Shown here one piece after another: positions 1-8,060 of a stretch of DNA of 64,000 nucleotides (position 1 is the stretch's first letter; every line of letters begins with the position of its first letter). The notes under the pieces are model-generated. The model saw nothing but the letters and a program-made list of their open reading frames with translations. It was not told the origin of the DNA and did no database searches. Source of the stretch: an uncultured Acidobacteriota bacterium (GTDB taxonomy: Bacteria > Acidobacteriota > Thermoanaerobaculia > Gp7-AA8); assembly GCA_963822445.1 (NCBI GenBank), contig CAWGHO010000002.1, forward strand, positions 640,001 to 704,000, written 5' to 3'. The translations under genes and the position numbers were made by a program.

Positions 1-497
1 ACCGTCACCGTGACGCCCGGTTGCTCCGCGGTGACGCTGGCATTCATGGCGATGTTGGCGATGCCGAGGGTGATGCCGATGCCGCTGCGTTCCGCGCGGC
101 GCGCCCAGTAGGTGTAGGTCGCGCTCCAGTAATCGAGATCGAACTCCGTGGTGACCAGCGCGTTGACGGAGTAGGTCTCGTCGCGAAAAACGATCTCCCG
201 ATCGATCTGCTCGAGCCCCGCCCGCGGCGCCGAAAAGTGCGTCGCCGCCAGCTCATGCCGCGCGAGGGGCCGCCACTGCACTCCAAACCGCTGCAGATTG
301 CGCGAGTCCTCCAGCCCGAGATCGCGCTCGAAGCTCACCAGCGTCCCCTCCCCCGCGGCGTCGTCCGGATCGATGCGGATATTCGTGTCGAAATCCGCCG
401 GCGACGTTCCGCCGGTCACGCTGAAGCGCGGGAAGAGGAGGTCCTGCTGGGCGGCGAGGGGGAAAGTGAGGACGAGGAGGAGCGGGACGTAGCGCAT
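1..497 (-). CDS. Secreted, probable outer-membrane beta-barrel protein (runs off window start, 3' truncated)
   Basis: Not in the ORF track because there is no stop in the window. Manual translation from ATG at 497 gives MRYVPLLLVLTFPLAAQQDLLFPRFSVTGG...ERDLGLED...FGVQWRP...YTYW: a signal peptide followed by alternating amphipathic strands. Confidence 0.65.
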   Translation of the reverse strand, partial: MRYVPLLLVLTFPLAAQQDLLFPRFSVTGGTSPADFDTNIRIDPDDAAGEGTLVSFERDLGLEDSRNLQRFGVQWRPLARHELAATHFSAPRAGLEQIDREIVFRDETYSVNALVTTEFDLDYWSATYTYWARRAERSGIGITLGIANIAMNASVTAEQPGVTVT

Positions 498-505
498 ATA
501 CAAAA

Positions 506-611
506 GGAGCGCCGCCGTCTCGGCGGCTGGCGCGGCGGCGTCCTGCGCCGCCGCCCCCCCAAGCGCAGGAGCGAGACGCCTGCGCACCAGCCGGCGGGAC
601 GCCGGCGCTCC
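506..611. repeat. REP/REPIN-like inverted pair of GC-rich palindromes
   Basis: GGAGCGCCGCCGTCTCGGCGGCTGG (506-530) and CCAGCCGGCGGGACGCCGGCGCTCC (587-611) are imperfect reverse complements. Each is itself a small hairpin. Intergenic. Confidence 0.7.
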
Positions 612-631
612 ATCAACCGCGGGCGTGCGCG

Positions 632-1015
632 CTACTGAAGGCGCTCTGCTCCTTCGATTCGGCCGAGGTTCTTGTCGAACGTGCCGAGCGGTGTGTGGCC
701 GGCCTTGCGCGCGATCTCCAGCACCAGACAATCGGAAAAACCAAGTGCGGGTTTCAACCGATACTGATCGAGCGCTGCAAGGACGACATCAGCGTCCTGT
801 ACCGTGATTGTGGCGTGGTTCAGGAGCATCTCGATCGCCATTGCAATCTGGGCATCCTCGAGACCATAGACCGCACTCAAAACCCAGGACATTTCAGCGA
901 GAACCAGGTGGGAAGCCCATGCTCCACGCTCTACGAATCGTTGCGCGGCGAGAACCTGCTTCTCTTCGTCCCGAATGACGAGACGAACGAGCACGTTCGT
1001 GTCAACGGCCCGCAT
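632..1015 (-). CDS. vapC: PIN-domain toxin, VapC family
   Basis: N-terminal AVDTNVLVR, a conserved E, FSD and TFDK acidic PIN motifs; 127 aa; overlaps the upstream antitoxin. Confidence 0.9.
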   Translation of the reverse strand: MRAVDTNVLVRLVIRDEEKQVLAAQRFVERGAWASHLVLAEMSWVLSAVYGLEDAQIAMAIEMLLNHATITVQDADVVLAALDQYRLKPALGFSDCLVLEIARKAGHTPLGTFDKNLGRIEGAERLQ

Positions 1016-1262
1016 GTTTCCCTTTGATGTGCCGACGAATGCCCTCTTTCAGTTCTTCGAGCTTGTGGGGCCTGGGTGGCTTCGCAAAAAGGGCCCGATG
1101 AATGTCCTCGAATGAAAACCGGCCAGCCTTCCGGACGACCACCCTCTCGCCATCCTCCTCCCACTCCAGAACCGACCCCGGACCAATACCGAGCTTGCGC
1201 CTGATCTCCGCGGGAACCGAGATCTGGCCTTGAGCTGTAACCTTCGATTGGGGATGCGCCAT
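1002..1262 (-). CDS. vapB: AbrB/MazE/SpoVT-family antitoxin
   Basis: SKVTAQGQISVPAEIRRKLGIGPGSVLEW is the AbrB swapped-hairpin signature; directly upstream of the PIN gene. Confidence 0.9.
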   Translation of the reverse strand: MAHPQSKVTAQGQISVPAEIRRKLGIGPGSVLEWEEDGERVVVRKAGRFSFEDIHRALFAKPPRPHKLEELKEGIRRHIKGKHAGR

Positions 1263-1327
1263 GGCTTCATAGTACTACGGTAATGCAACCTCCCCCGGTT
1301 ACAATCCGCGCCCGGAGGAGCTGACCG

Positions 1328-2077
1328 ATGGAATGGTTGTCCAACCCCGAGGCCTGGGTCGCGCTGTTGACGTTGACGTTGCTCGAAGTCGTGCTCGGTC
1401 TCGACAACGTCATCTTCATTTCCATCCTCGCCGGCAAGCTGCGCGTCGAGGAGCAGAAGAAGGCGCGGATGATCGGGCTCGCGGGCGCGATGGTCATGCG
1501 CATCCTCCTGCTGCTGTCGCTGGCCTGGATCATCCGCCTGACCAAGCCCCTCTTCACCGTCCTCGGCAACGACATCTCCGGCCGCGATCTGATTCTCCTC
1601 GGCGGCGGCCTGTTCCTGATGGCCAAGGCCACGCACGAGATTCACGACAAGCTCGAAGGGGATCAAGGGGAAACGGTCAAGAAGGTGATGCCGACGCTGA
1701 CCTCGGTCGTCGTGCAGATCATGCTCCTGGACATCGTCTTCTCCCTCGATTCCGTCATCACCGCCGTCGGCATGGCCAAGGACCTCGGTGTCATGATCAC
1801 CGCGGTCGTCGTCGCCGTGGTGATCATGCTCTTCGCCGCTGGGCCGATCAGCGGATTCGTCGACCGCCATCCCACCGTGAAGATGCTGGCCCTGAGCTTC
1901 CTCCTGCTCATCGGCATGGCCCTCATGGCCGAAGGCCTCGAGTTCCACATCCCGAAGGGCTACGTCTACTTCGCGATGGGCTTCTCGGTGTTCGTGGAGG
2001 TCCTGAACATCCAGTTCCGGCGGAAGTACAAGCCGGTGAAGCTGCACGACTCGTATCACGAGCCCGAAACGAAGTAA
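1328..2077 (+). CDS. TerC family integral membrane protein
   Basis: LEVVLGLDNVIFI and DIVFSLDSVITAVG motifs; multiple transmembrane segments; GGAGGAG RBS. Confidence 0.92.
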   Translation: MEWLSNPEAWVALLTLTLLEVVLGLDNVIFISILAGKLRVEEQKKARMIGLAGAMVMRILLLLSLAWIIRLTKPLFTVLGNDISGRDLILLGGGLFLMAKATHEIHDKLEGDQGETVKKVMPTLTSVVVQIMLLDIVFSLDSVITAVGMAKDLGVMITAVVVAVVIMLFAAGPISGFVDRHPTVKMLALSFLLLIGMALMAEGLEFHIPKGYVYFAMGFSVFVEVLNIQFRRKYKPVKLHDSYHEPETK

Positions 2078-2108
2078 CTGGCAGCTCGCCTCGCTTCGCT
2101 CGCGGCTA

Positions 2109-2213
2109 GTTGCTGGGTTGCTGAGTTCCTGGGTTGCTGAGTGCTCCGCTGGACGCACGATCGTGGCTCTCGGCGGAGCACCCAGCAACCCAGCAACCTA
2201 GCAACTCAGCAAC
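2109..2213. repeat. Inverted tandem-octamer hairpin, unit GTTGCTGR
   Basis: Left arm GTTGCTGG GTTGCTGA GTTCCTGG GTTGCTGA GTGCTCCGC; right arm GCGGAGCAC CCAGCAAC CCAGCAAC CTAGCAAC TCAGCAAC. Confidence 0.9.
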
Positions 2214-2220
2214 CTGCTAC

Positions 2221-2463
2221 ATGGCACGCGAAGTGCCCCTTTTTCGGGGCATGGGAACCATCATCGGACTGGTGCTGCTGTTCGTGGCCGTGATCACGCT
2301 CATGGTCGTCATCGGCCGTCTCCGCCGGCAGGTCGGCGGCGGATTGGGACCGACGGAATTCAGCGACGGCAGCATGACCAGCACGCCAACCGGGTATCCG
2401 GAAGAGATGCACGGACACGGCAAGAAGATCGGGCCGGTCGACAACAACGCCGCGAAGGTTTGA
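2221..2463 (+). CDS. Small single-pass membrane protein, unknown function (start 2221 or 2251)
   Basis: Hydrophobic segment IIGLVLLFVAVITLMVVIG followed by RLRR; GC3-rich codons; converges on the histidine kinase gene. Confidence 0.55.
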   Translation: MAREVPLFRGMGTIIGLVLLFVAVITLMVVIGRLRRQVGGGLGPTEFSDGSMTSTPTGYPEEMHGHGKKIGPVDNNAAKV

Positions 2464-2466
2464 CCT

Positions 2467-5058
2467 TCAGCTGCGGCGTTGCGAAGCGGCGGCGATGACT
2501 CCGCGCAATTGCTCGGCCGCGCGGGCGTACTCGCGCTCCAGCGCCTCGACTGTCGCCGCGGCCTGACTCGTATCTCCGGCGCGTCCGATCGTTTCGAGCT
2601 CCGTACACAGATCGCGCACGACCGCGGCGCCGATGTTCCCCGAGCTGCTCTTCAGCGCGTGCGCGGCCCCGGCCAGCTTCGCCGCATTGTCCGTTCGAAC
2701 GGCATCGCGCATGACGGCGATGCGCGGCGGGGCGTCTTCGAGATAGATCCCGGCCAGCTCGGCGACGAAATCGTCGCTACCGCCGCCGACCTCCCGCAGG
2801 TTGGCGATTACCACCGGATCGAGCGGCTCCACTGACGGCGGCGGAACGTACGTGCTGAGCACACGGGCCAGCTCCGTCTCGGTGAACGGCTTGTGCATGT
2901 AGTCATCCATTCCCGCGGCGAGGCAGCGCTCGCGATCGCCGGCCAGCGCATTTGCGGTCAGAGCGATGATCGGAAGACGGCGCCCACGCTCCTCGATCCG
3001 CCGGATCTCGCGCGTGGCCGCGAAACCGTCCATCTCCGGCATCTGCACATCCATCAGCACGAGTGCGTAATCGTGACGGCTGACCGCTTCCACGGCTTCG
3101 ATGCCGTTCGCGACGGCGTCCGCGGCGTATCCCGCTTTCGCCAGCTGGCGGATGGCGACCTTCTGATTCACAGGATTGTCCTCGGCAACGAGAACGCGCA
3201 CGTCCGAGCGAATGGGCACCGGCTCGCGGACCTGTTCCGTTTTCGGTTTGCGTACCGCGCCGGCAACGGACGTGGCCACCGCGTCGAAGAGCGCGGAGTG
3301 TTTCACCGGCTTGGTCACGCATTCGTCGATGCCGACGACGCGCATGATCGACGGCTCGATGCGGTTCGCCAGCGACGTGAGGATGATGATGCGCGTGTCG
3401 ACGGTGGCCGTGTCGCACTTGACCAGGCGCGCGAACACGATGCCGTTCATGTCCGGAAGCTGCAGATCGGCGATGACGAGATCGTACGGCGTTCCACGCT
3501 CGGCGGCGGCGCGAAGGATCTCCAATCCTTCCTTCGCCGTCCCGGCCAGCTCGGCCTGCATGTTCCAGGCGGCGAGATTGTGATCGACGATCTGCCGGCT
3601 GGTGGCGCTGCCGTCGACGACCAGCACGCGCACGCCTTTGAGCGAGCGAAGGAGCAGCTCGCGGGTGATGTGATCGACGTCCGCGCGCGGAAGCGGGATC
3701 TCGAACCAGAACGTCGATCCGCGGCCGACGGCCGACTCGACGCCGATCGATCCGCCCATGCTCTCCACGATCTGCTTGGAGATCGCCAATCCCAGCCCCG
3801 TGCCGCCGAAACGGCGCGTCGTCGACGCGTCGGCCTGACTGAACGGCCGGAAAAGACGCGGCAAGGCTTCCGGCGCGATGCCGATTCCGGTGTCGCGCAC
3901 GCTGAAGCGGATCGTGTCTCCGTCGGCCGACTGACCGGGATCGACGCGGACCAGCACCTCGCCGGAGTTGGTGAACTTGATCGCGTTTCCGATGAGGTTC
4001 ATCAGCACCTGGCGCAACCGGCCGGCGTCACCGCGTACGAACCGCGGCAGGGAGTGATCGATGAGGACGCCCAGCGCGAGGTTCCGCTCGTTCGCGGCTT
4101 TGGTGAGCAGATCGAGGATCGACTCCACCGCCGGCCAGAGCTCGAAGTCCTCGGCCTCGACGGTCAGCTTCCCCGCTTCGAGCTTCGAAAAATCGAGCAC
4201 GTCGTTGATCACGGTCAGCAACGCGTCGGCGCTGCTGCGAACGGTCTGGGCGAGCTCGCGTTGATCGGTCTCGAGTTTCGTATCGAGGAGCAACCCGCTC
4301 ATGCCGATGATGGCGTTCATCGGCGTGCGGATCTCATGGCTCATGTTCGCGAGGAATTGCGAGCGCATCTCCGCTTCGCGCACGGCGGCGTCGCGCGTCT
4401 CTTTCATCGCCGCGGCGAGCTCCCGGCTCAGGCGCTCGCCGCGAAGCACCATGAGGAACACGACCAGGAGCAGGCCGACGCTGGCGAGCGCGCCGAGGAC
4501 CACGAGAAAACGCGCGCGGCCGCTCTGCCTGTCGGAGTGCGCGCGCCGCGCATCGAGGAGCTCGTTCTCGTGGCGCTTCATGGCCTCGATGATGTTGTGT
4601 ACGAGATCCATCGCCGACTTGCCAGCGCCGGTCATGGTGATCTCGCGGGCAGCCTCGAATCCCTGATGCTCGCGCGTCTCGAGGATCTGCTCGACGAAGC
4701 GCAGTTTCTCCGCAACGGCCGCGCGAAGAAGCCTCACCCGGCTGCGCTGCGACGGGCTGGCATGGACCAACCGGTCGAGCTCATCGAGGCCGTTCTCGAT
4801 CCGCGGGAACGTGGCTCGCGACTCTTCGGCATACAAAGGCAAGCCGGTGATGACGTACGCGCGTTGTGCGGTCTCCGCCGCCTCGACCGTCACCAGCATC
4901 AGCTCGCACTTCGAGATGACCTCGTGCGTGTGACCGACATCGCGCGCGGCGGCTTCCGCCTGCCGTGACGCGCGGAACGAGACTCCGACCATCGCCGCGA
5001 CGACGATCAGCGCGAGAGCGAAACCGATCCCTAACTGATACGGGCGTGGAATGGACAT
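2467..5058 (-). CDS. Hybrid sensor histidine kinase (CHASE3, HisKA, HATPase, two REC, HPt)
   Basis: [12 protein letters not shown] (CHASE3), [15 protein letters not shown]-box, [23 protein letters not shown], receivers DLQLP and [13 protein letters not shown] HPt. Start moved to MSIPRP at 5058 because the longer ORF overlaps the upstream gene. Confidence 0.93.
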   Translation of the reverse strand: MSIPRPYQLGIGFALALIVVAAMVGVSFRASRQAEAAARDVGHTHEVISKCELMLVTVEAAETAQRAYVITGLPLYAEESRATFPRIENGLDELDRLVHASPSQRSRVRLLRAAVAEKLRFVEQILETREHQGFEAAREITMTGAGKSAMDLVHNIIEAMKRHENELLDARRAHSDRQSGRARFLVVLGALASVGLLLVVFLMVLRGERLSRELAAAMKETRDAAVREAEMRSQFLANMSHEIRTPMNAIIGMSGLLLDTKLETDQRELAQTVRSSADALLTVINDVLDFSKLEAGKLTVEAEDFELWPAVESILDLLTKAANERNLALGVLIDHSLPRFVRGDAGRLRQVLMNLIGNAIKFTNSGEVLVRVDPGQSADGDTIRFSVRDTGIGIAPEALPRLFRPFSQADASTTRRFGGTGLGLAISKQIVESMGGSIGVESAVGRGSTFWFEIPLPRADVDHITRELLLRSLKGVRVLVVDGSATSRQIVDHNLAAWNMQAELAGTAKEGLEILRAAAERGTPYDLVIADLQLPDMNGIVFARLVKCDTATVDTRIIILTSLANRIEPSIMRVVGIDECVTKPVKHSALFDAVATSVAGAVRKPKTEQVREPVPIRSDVRVLVAEDNPVNQKVAIRQLAKAGYAADAVANGIEAVEAVSRHDYALVLMDVQMPEMDGFAATREIRRIEERGRRLPIIALTANALAGDRERCLAAGMDDYMHKPFTETELARVLSTYVPPPSVEPLDPVVIANLREVGGGSDDFVAELAGIYLEDAPPRIAVMRDAVRTDNAAKLAGAAHALKSSSGNIGAAVVRDLCTELETIGRAGDTSQAAATVEALEREYARAAEQLRGVIAAASQRRS

Positions 5059-5069
5059 GCCGATGGGTC

Positions 5070-7448
5070 TTATCGTCGATTTGCTGGCGCCTCGGAGTGA
5101 CCGCGCGCACGCACGGCCTCGATGATCGCGTCGGCGCGTTGCGCCGGCAGCCGCCGCTCGTATCCCCACATCCCATCGAGATACTCCGTCCCCGTAGTCT
5201 TTTCCTGAGCCTCGGAAACCATGCGAAGCGCTTCGACGACGCCGGGAACGACGTACGTGTGGCCGCGCGAATCGCGCAGCATGTTCCACAGCCAGTCCTG
5301 CATCGTGCCGAGGTCCGTGCGGGCCTGCGTGAGCATGCGGCCGAGGGCCCGGAGCCTGTGGACGATGGCGATGAGACCGCAGGTCGCGAAGAACGAGTAC
5401 GGCTCGAGCGATGTGAGCCGCGCGGCGAACGAAGCGCCATCGCGATGGATGCTGACCGCGCCCGGCGTCAGGTCGGCGGCGAGCTTCACGCTCGACACGA
5501 TGCCGTGCGGGCGGAAATCGATGAACCCGTTCACCGCCATCTGAAAAGCCTGGTAGTCGGGACTGGCGTTCTCGAACATCTTCCGCAGCGAGTCCTCGTG
5601 CGTGACGACGTCTCCCTGCGGCGCGATGTAGTAACCGGTGCGAACGATGGTGTCGCCGCGCTCGTCCTCGACCACGATCGGTGACCCGAGCGAGGTGACG
5701 GTGAACACCGCGTCCAGCGCGATTTTCAACACGGCCAGATGGGCTTCATCGCGTGCGCCGAACTGGCCAGGATCGATCAGCGGCTTGAGCGTAAGCAGTT
5801 GGCCGGGCTTGTCCGCGGTCACCAGCGTTCGCAGGTCGCGCGTCAGCGTCTCGATGTCCCACTGCTCGACGTCGCGGAAGGTGAGCGGGCGCGAGTTCTC
5901 GAGGAAGAACCGCCGCGGACTGAATGACGCGTCGGGATACTCCTCGATCGCTTCGATGTCGAGCGTGCGCACGCGATGCAGCGCAATGAGCAGCGCGAGC
6001 GTGTGCAGCTCGGCCTGATGCTTCGCCGAGCCGAGGTCCTGAAGGGCCATCGGGTCGACGCCGCCGAGTTGCGCGTCGAGCAGAACGGGCTGGTAGAGAA
6101 AGTCGAAGACCTGCTTCGAATTCGCGGTCTCGGTGTAGTAGCAGATCCCGTCCTGGAACCAGGGGACGTTCGGGTCGTCGCCGAGGAGGCCGACCGTGGC
6201 CAGGACGTGACCGAGCTCGCTGACCGAGGCCACTTTCATCACGCGATAGAGCGCGTCGGCGTTGGCGACAGAGAAGAATCCGTTCTCGCCGCTGCGGATC
6301 GCGTACTCGGGACGGAGCTCCTCGCCGAGCTTGAAGTGCAGCGGCTTCGCCTTCGCCTTGTCGTCGAGGCGCAACGTGGTCGGTTTGAAGAGGTGAATGA
6401 ACTGCCGGCGCTCGCGCGCGCCGCGGAACAGCTCGTGCGGCGCCGCTCGGAGCTTCTCGACGATCGCACCGTGAAGCGGAATCGATTCGCGCATACGGAC
6501 TTCGTCGATCCCGATGGCTGCCGCGGTGACGAGCATGAGCACGCCGCGCTCGGCGTACTTTTCGGTGAGGTGCTCGGCCTCGATGTGCTTCGTGCGAAGG
6601 AATTCATCGCGCGCGGCATGGGCGAAGCCGAGGCGGATGGCGGTCGTGCCGCCGGCCTCGTCGTACATCCCGCCGACGCCGGTCGTGTGCGCGACGAGCA
6701 CGCGCGCGCCCCACGTATCGCGCACCGCGGCGAGATCGCCGGCGAACGTCGATTCGAAGGCGTCCTTCATCGACGCGGTGAAGGTGTCGTCCATGCCCAG
6801 CGCATCGCCGACGAGTGCGAGACCGCCGGTCTGATACGCGAGGATGCTCGGCAGCGGGAATCCGAGGACGACCGAGCGATAGGGCTTCTGGCCGTAGTCG
6901 CGGAGACGGGTCAGGCGGTCTTCGAGGAAGGAGGTGATGGGACGCGATGCGCGAACGTAACGCATCAAGCCTTCGCCGATCTCGGATTGAGACATGGTTC
7001 GCGTGACGCCGGCGAGATGGAGGAATTGATCGATGGCCGCGGGGCGGCGATCGAGGTCGGCGTCCTTCACCAGCTCGAGGCCGGGAATCGGCTTCATCTC
7101 GTATTTCGACACGGCCACGTAGACGCCGCCGGGCGTGAGGTAGCCATGTTCGAACGGCCGCGGTGCGGTGCCCGCGCCCCAGCGCGTGCGGGTGAATCGC
7201 TTCAGGCGCGATTCGAAGGAATGCACTTCGTCGTCCGTGCGCCCGGTGACGATCAGCACCGGCACATCCTCGGCCGAAGGCGCGGGGGCGATGCTCATCA
7301 TCTCTTCGAACATCGCCACCATCTGCAGGGCAGCGGCTCCCCCGACGGCACCTGTGCCGCCGATGAAGACGTGAACATCGCGGTAATGCCGCCCCGAGCG
7401 CGCCGCCGCGGCGAGGCGAGGCCCGAAGCGAGCTTTCTTGAACCCCAT
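5070..7448 (-). CDS. 792-aa protein of unknown function with an N-terminal Rossmann-like motif
   Basis: VHVFIGGTGAVG nucleotide-binding-type loop; long ORF with coding-like codon bias; family not recognised. Confidence 0.75.
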   Translation of the reverse strand: MGFKKARFGPRLAAAARSGRHYRDVHVFIGGTGAVGGAAALQMVAMFEEMMSIAPAPSAEDVPVLIVTGRTDDEVHSFESRLKRFTRTRWGAGTAPRPFEHGYLTPGGVYVAVSKYEMKPIPGLELVKDADLDRRPAAIDQFLHLAGVTRTMSQSEIGEGLMRYVRASRPITSFLEDRLTRLRDYGQKPYRSVVLGFPLPSILAYQTGGLALVGDALGMDDTFTASMKDAFESTFAGDLAAVRDTWGARVLVAHTTGVGGMYDEAGGTTAIRLGFAHAARDEFLRTKHIEAEHLTEKYAERGVLMLVTAAAIGIDEVRMRESIPLHGAIVEKLRAAPHELFRGARERRQFIHLFKPTTLRLDDKAKAKPLHFKLGEELRPEYAIRSGENGFFSVANADALYRVMKVASVSELGHVLATVGLLGDDPNVPWFQDGICYYTETANSKQVFDFLYQPVLLDAQLGGVDPMALQDLGSAKHQAELHTLALLIALHRVRTLDIEAIEEYPDASFSPRRFFLENSRPLTFRDVEQWDIETLTRDLRTLVTADKPGQLLTLKPLIDPGQFGARDEAHLAVLKIALDAVFTVTSLGSPIVVEDERGDTIVRTGYYIAPQGDVVTHEDSLRKMFENASPDYQAFQMAVNGFIDFRPHGIVSSVKLAADLTPGAVSIHRDGASFAARLTSLEPYSFFATCGLIAIVHRLRALGRMLTQARTDLGTMQDWLWNMLRDSRGHTYVVPGVVEALRMVSEAQEKTTGTEYLDGMWGYERRLPAQRADAIIEAVRARGHSEAPANRR

Positions 7449-7460
7449 CGGCCGCGAAGA

Positions 7461-8024
7461 CTATCGCAACCGCAGCGTGCAATCCCATTGTTCGGACGCG
7501 CGCAGGCCGCAGGTGATGGTGGCGTCGAATGGGGTGACCGAGGTGATCCGCACGCCGTTCCAGGGGACCTCGCCGCGGGCGGCGATGACCCGTCGCAATG
7601 GACCGGCCGCTTCCTTGACGAGATGGGCGAATCCGCGGCCGGTGTGGCAGCTCTGCAGAACGATTGTGGCGGTGGGATCGAGGCGATCGAGGAACCTCGC
7701 CAGACGCGCTTTGTCGGTGGCGTCGAGGGTGCGCTGATCGCGGCGCGCGAGGTACATGGCGAACGGATCGCCGTGGCCGGAGATCACCAGCAGCTTCGCG
7801 CCGCGCACGTCGATGTTGAACAAGGCATCGTCAGTGGCAATCTGTTCGTGAACTTCGACGTCGTACTGGCGGGCGATTTTCTCGACGAGCTTCCGCTGAT
7901 GCGAGGTGTAGAAGACGCGGCGGAACAGCGAGCGCTCTTTTGGGTAGATGAGGATCGCGCGATCGCGGGCCTGGGCGGCGGACGCGAAAAGCAAAAGCAC
8001 CGCGAGAAGAACTCGGGAACTCAT
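7461..8024 (-). CDS. Secreted protein with a caspase-hemoglobinase-like His/Cys motif pair (DUF4347/CHAT-like)
   Basis: Signal peptide (AAQA-R). LLVISGHGDP and IVLQSCHTG motifs each follow a hydrophobic strand. Confidence 0.6.
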   Translation of the reverse strand: MSSRVLLAVLLLFASAAQARDRAILIYPKERSLFRRVFYTSHQRKLVEKIARQYDVEVHEQIATDDALFNIDVRGAKLLVISGHGDPFAMYLARRDQRTLDATDKARLARFLDRLDPTATIVLQSCHTGRGFAHLVKEAAGPLRRVIAARGEVPWNGVRITSVTPFDATITCGLRASEQWDCTLRLR

Positions 8025-8060
8025 GGGAGCCGGTTATTGGACCGGCTCCCATTCTACGGC

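Noticed and set aside
2109-2213. Tandem-repeat hairpins as intrinsic terminators or CRISPR repeats
   Set aside because: No U-tracts, present in divergent as well as tandem contexts, and no unique spacers between the units.
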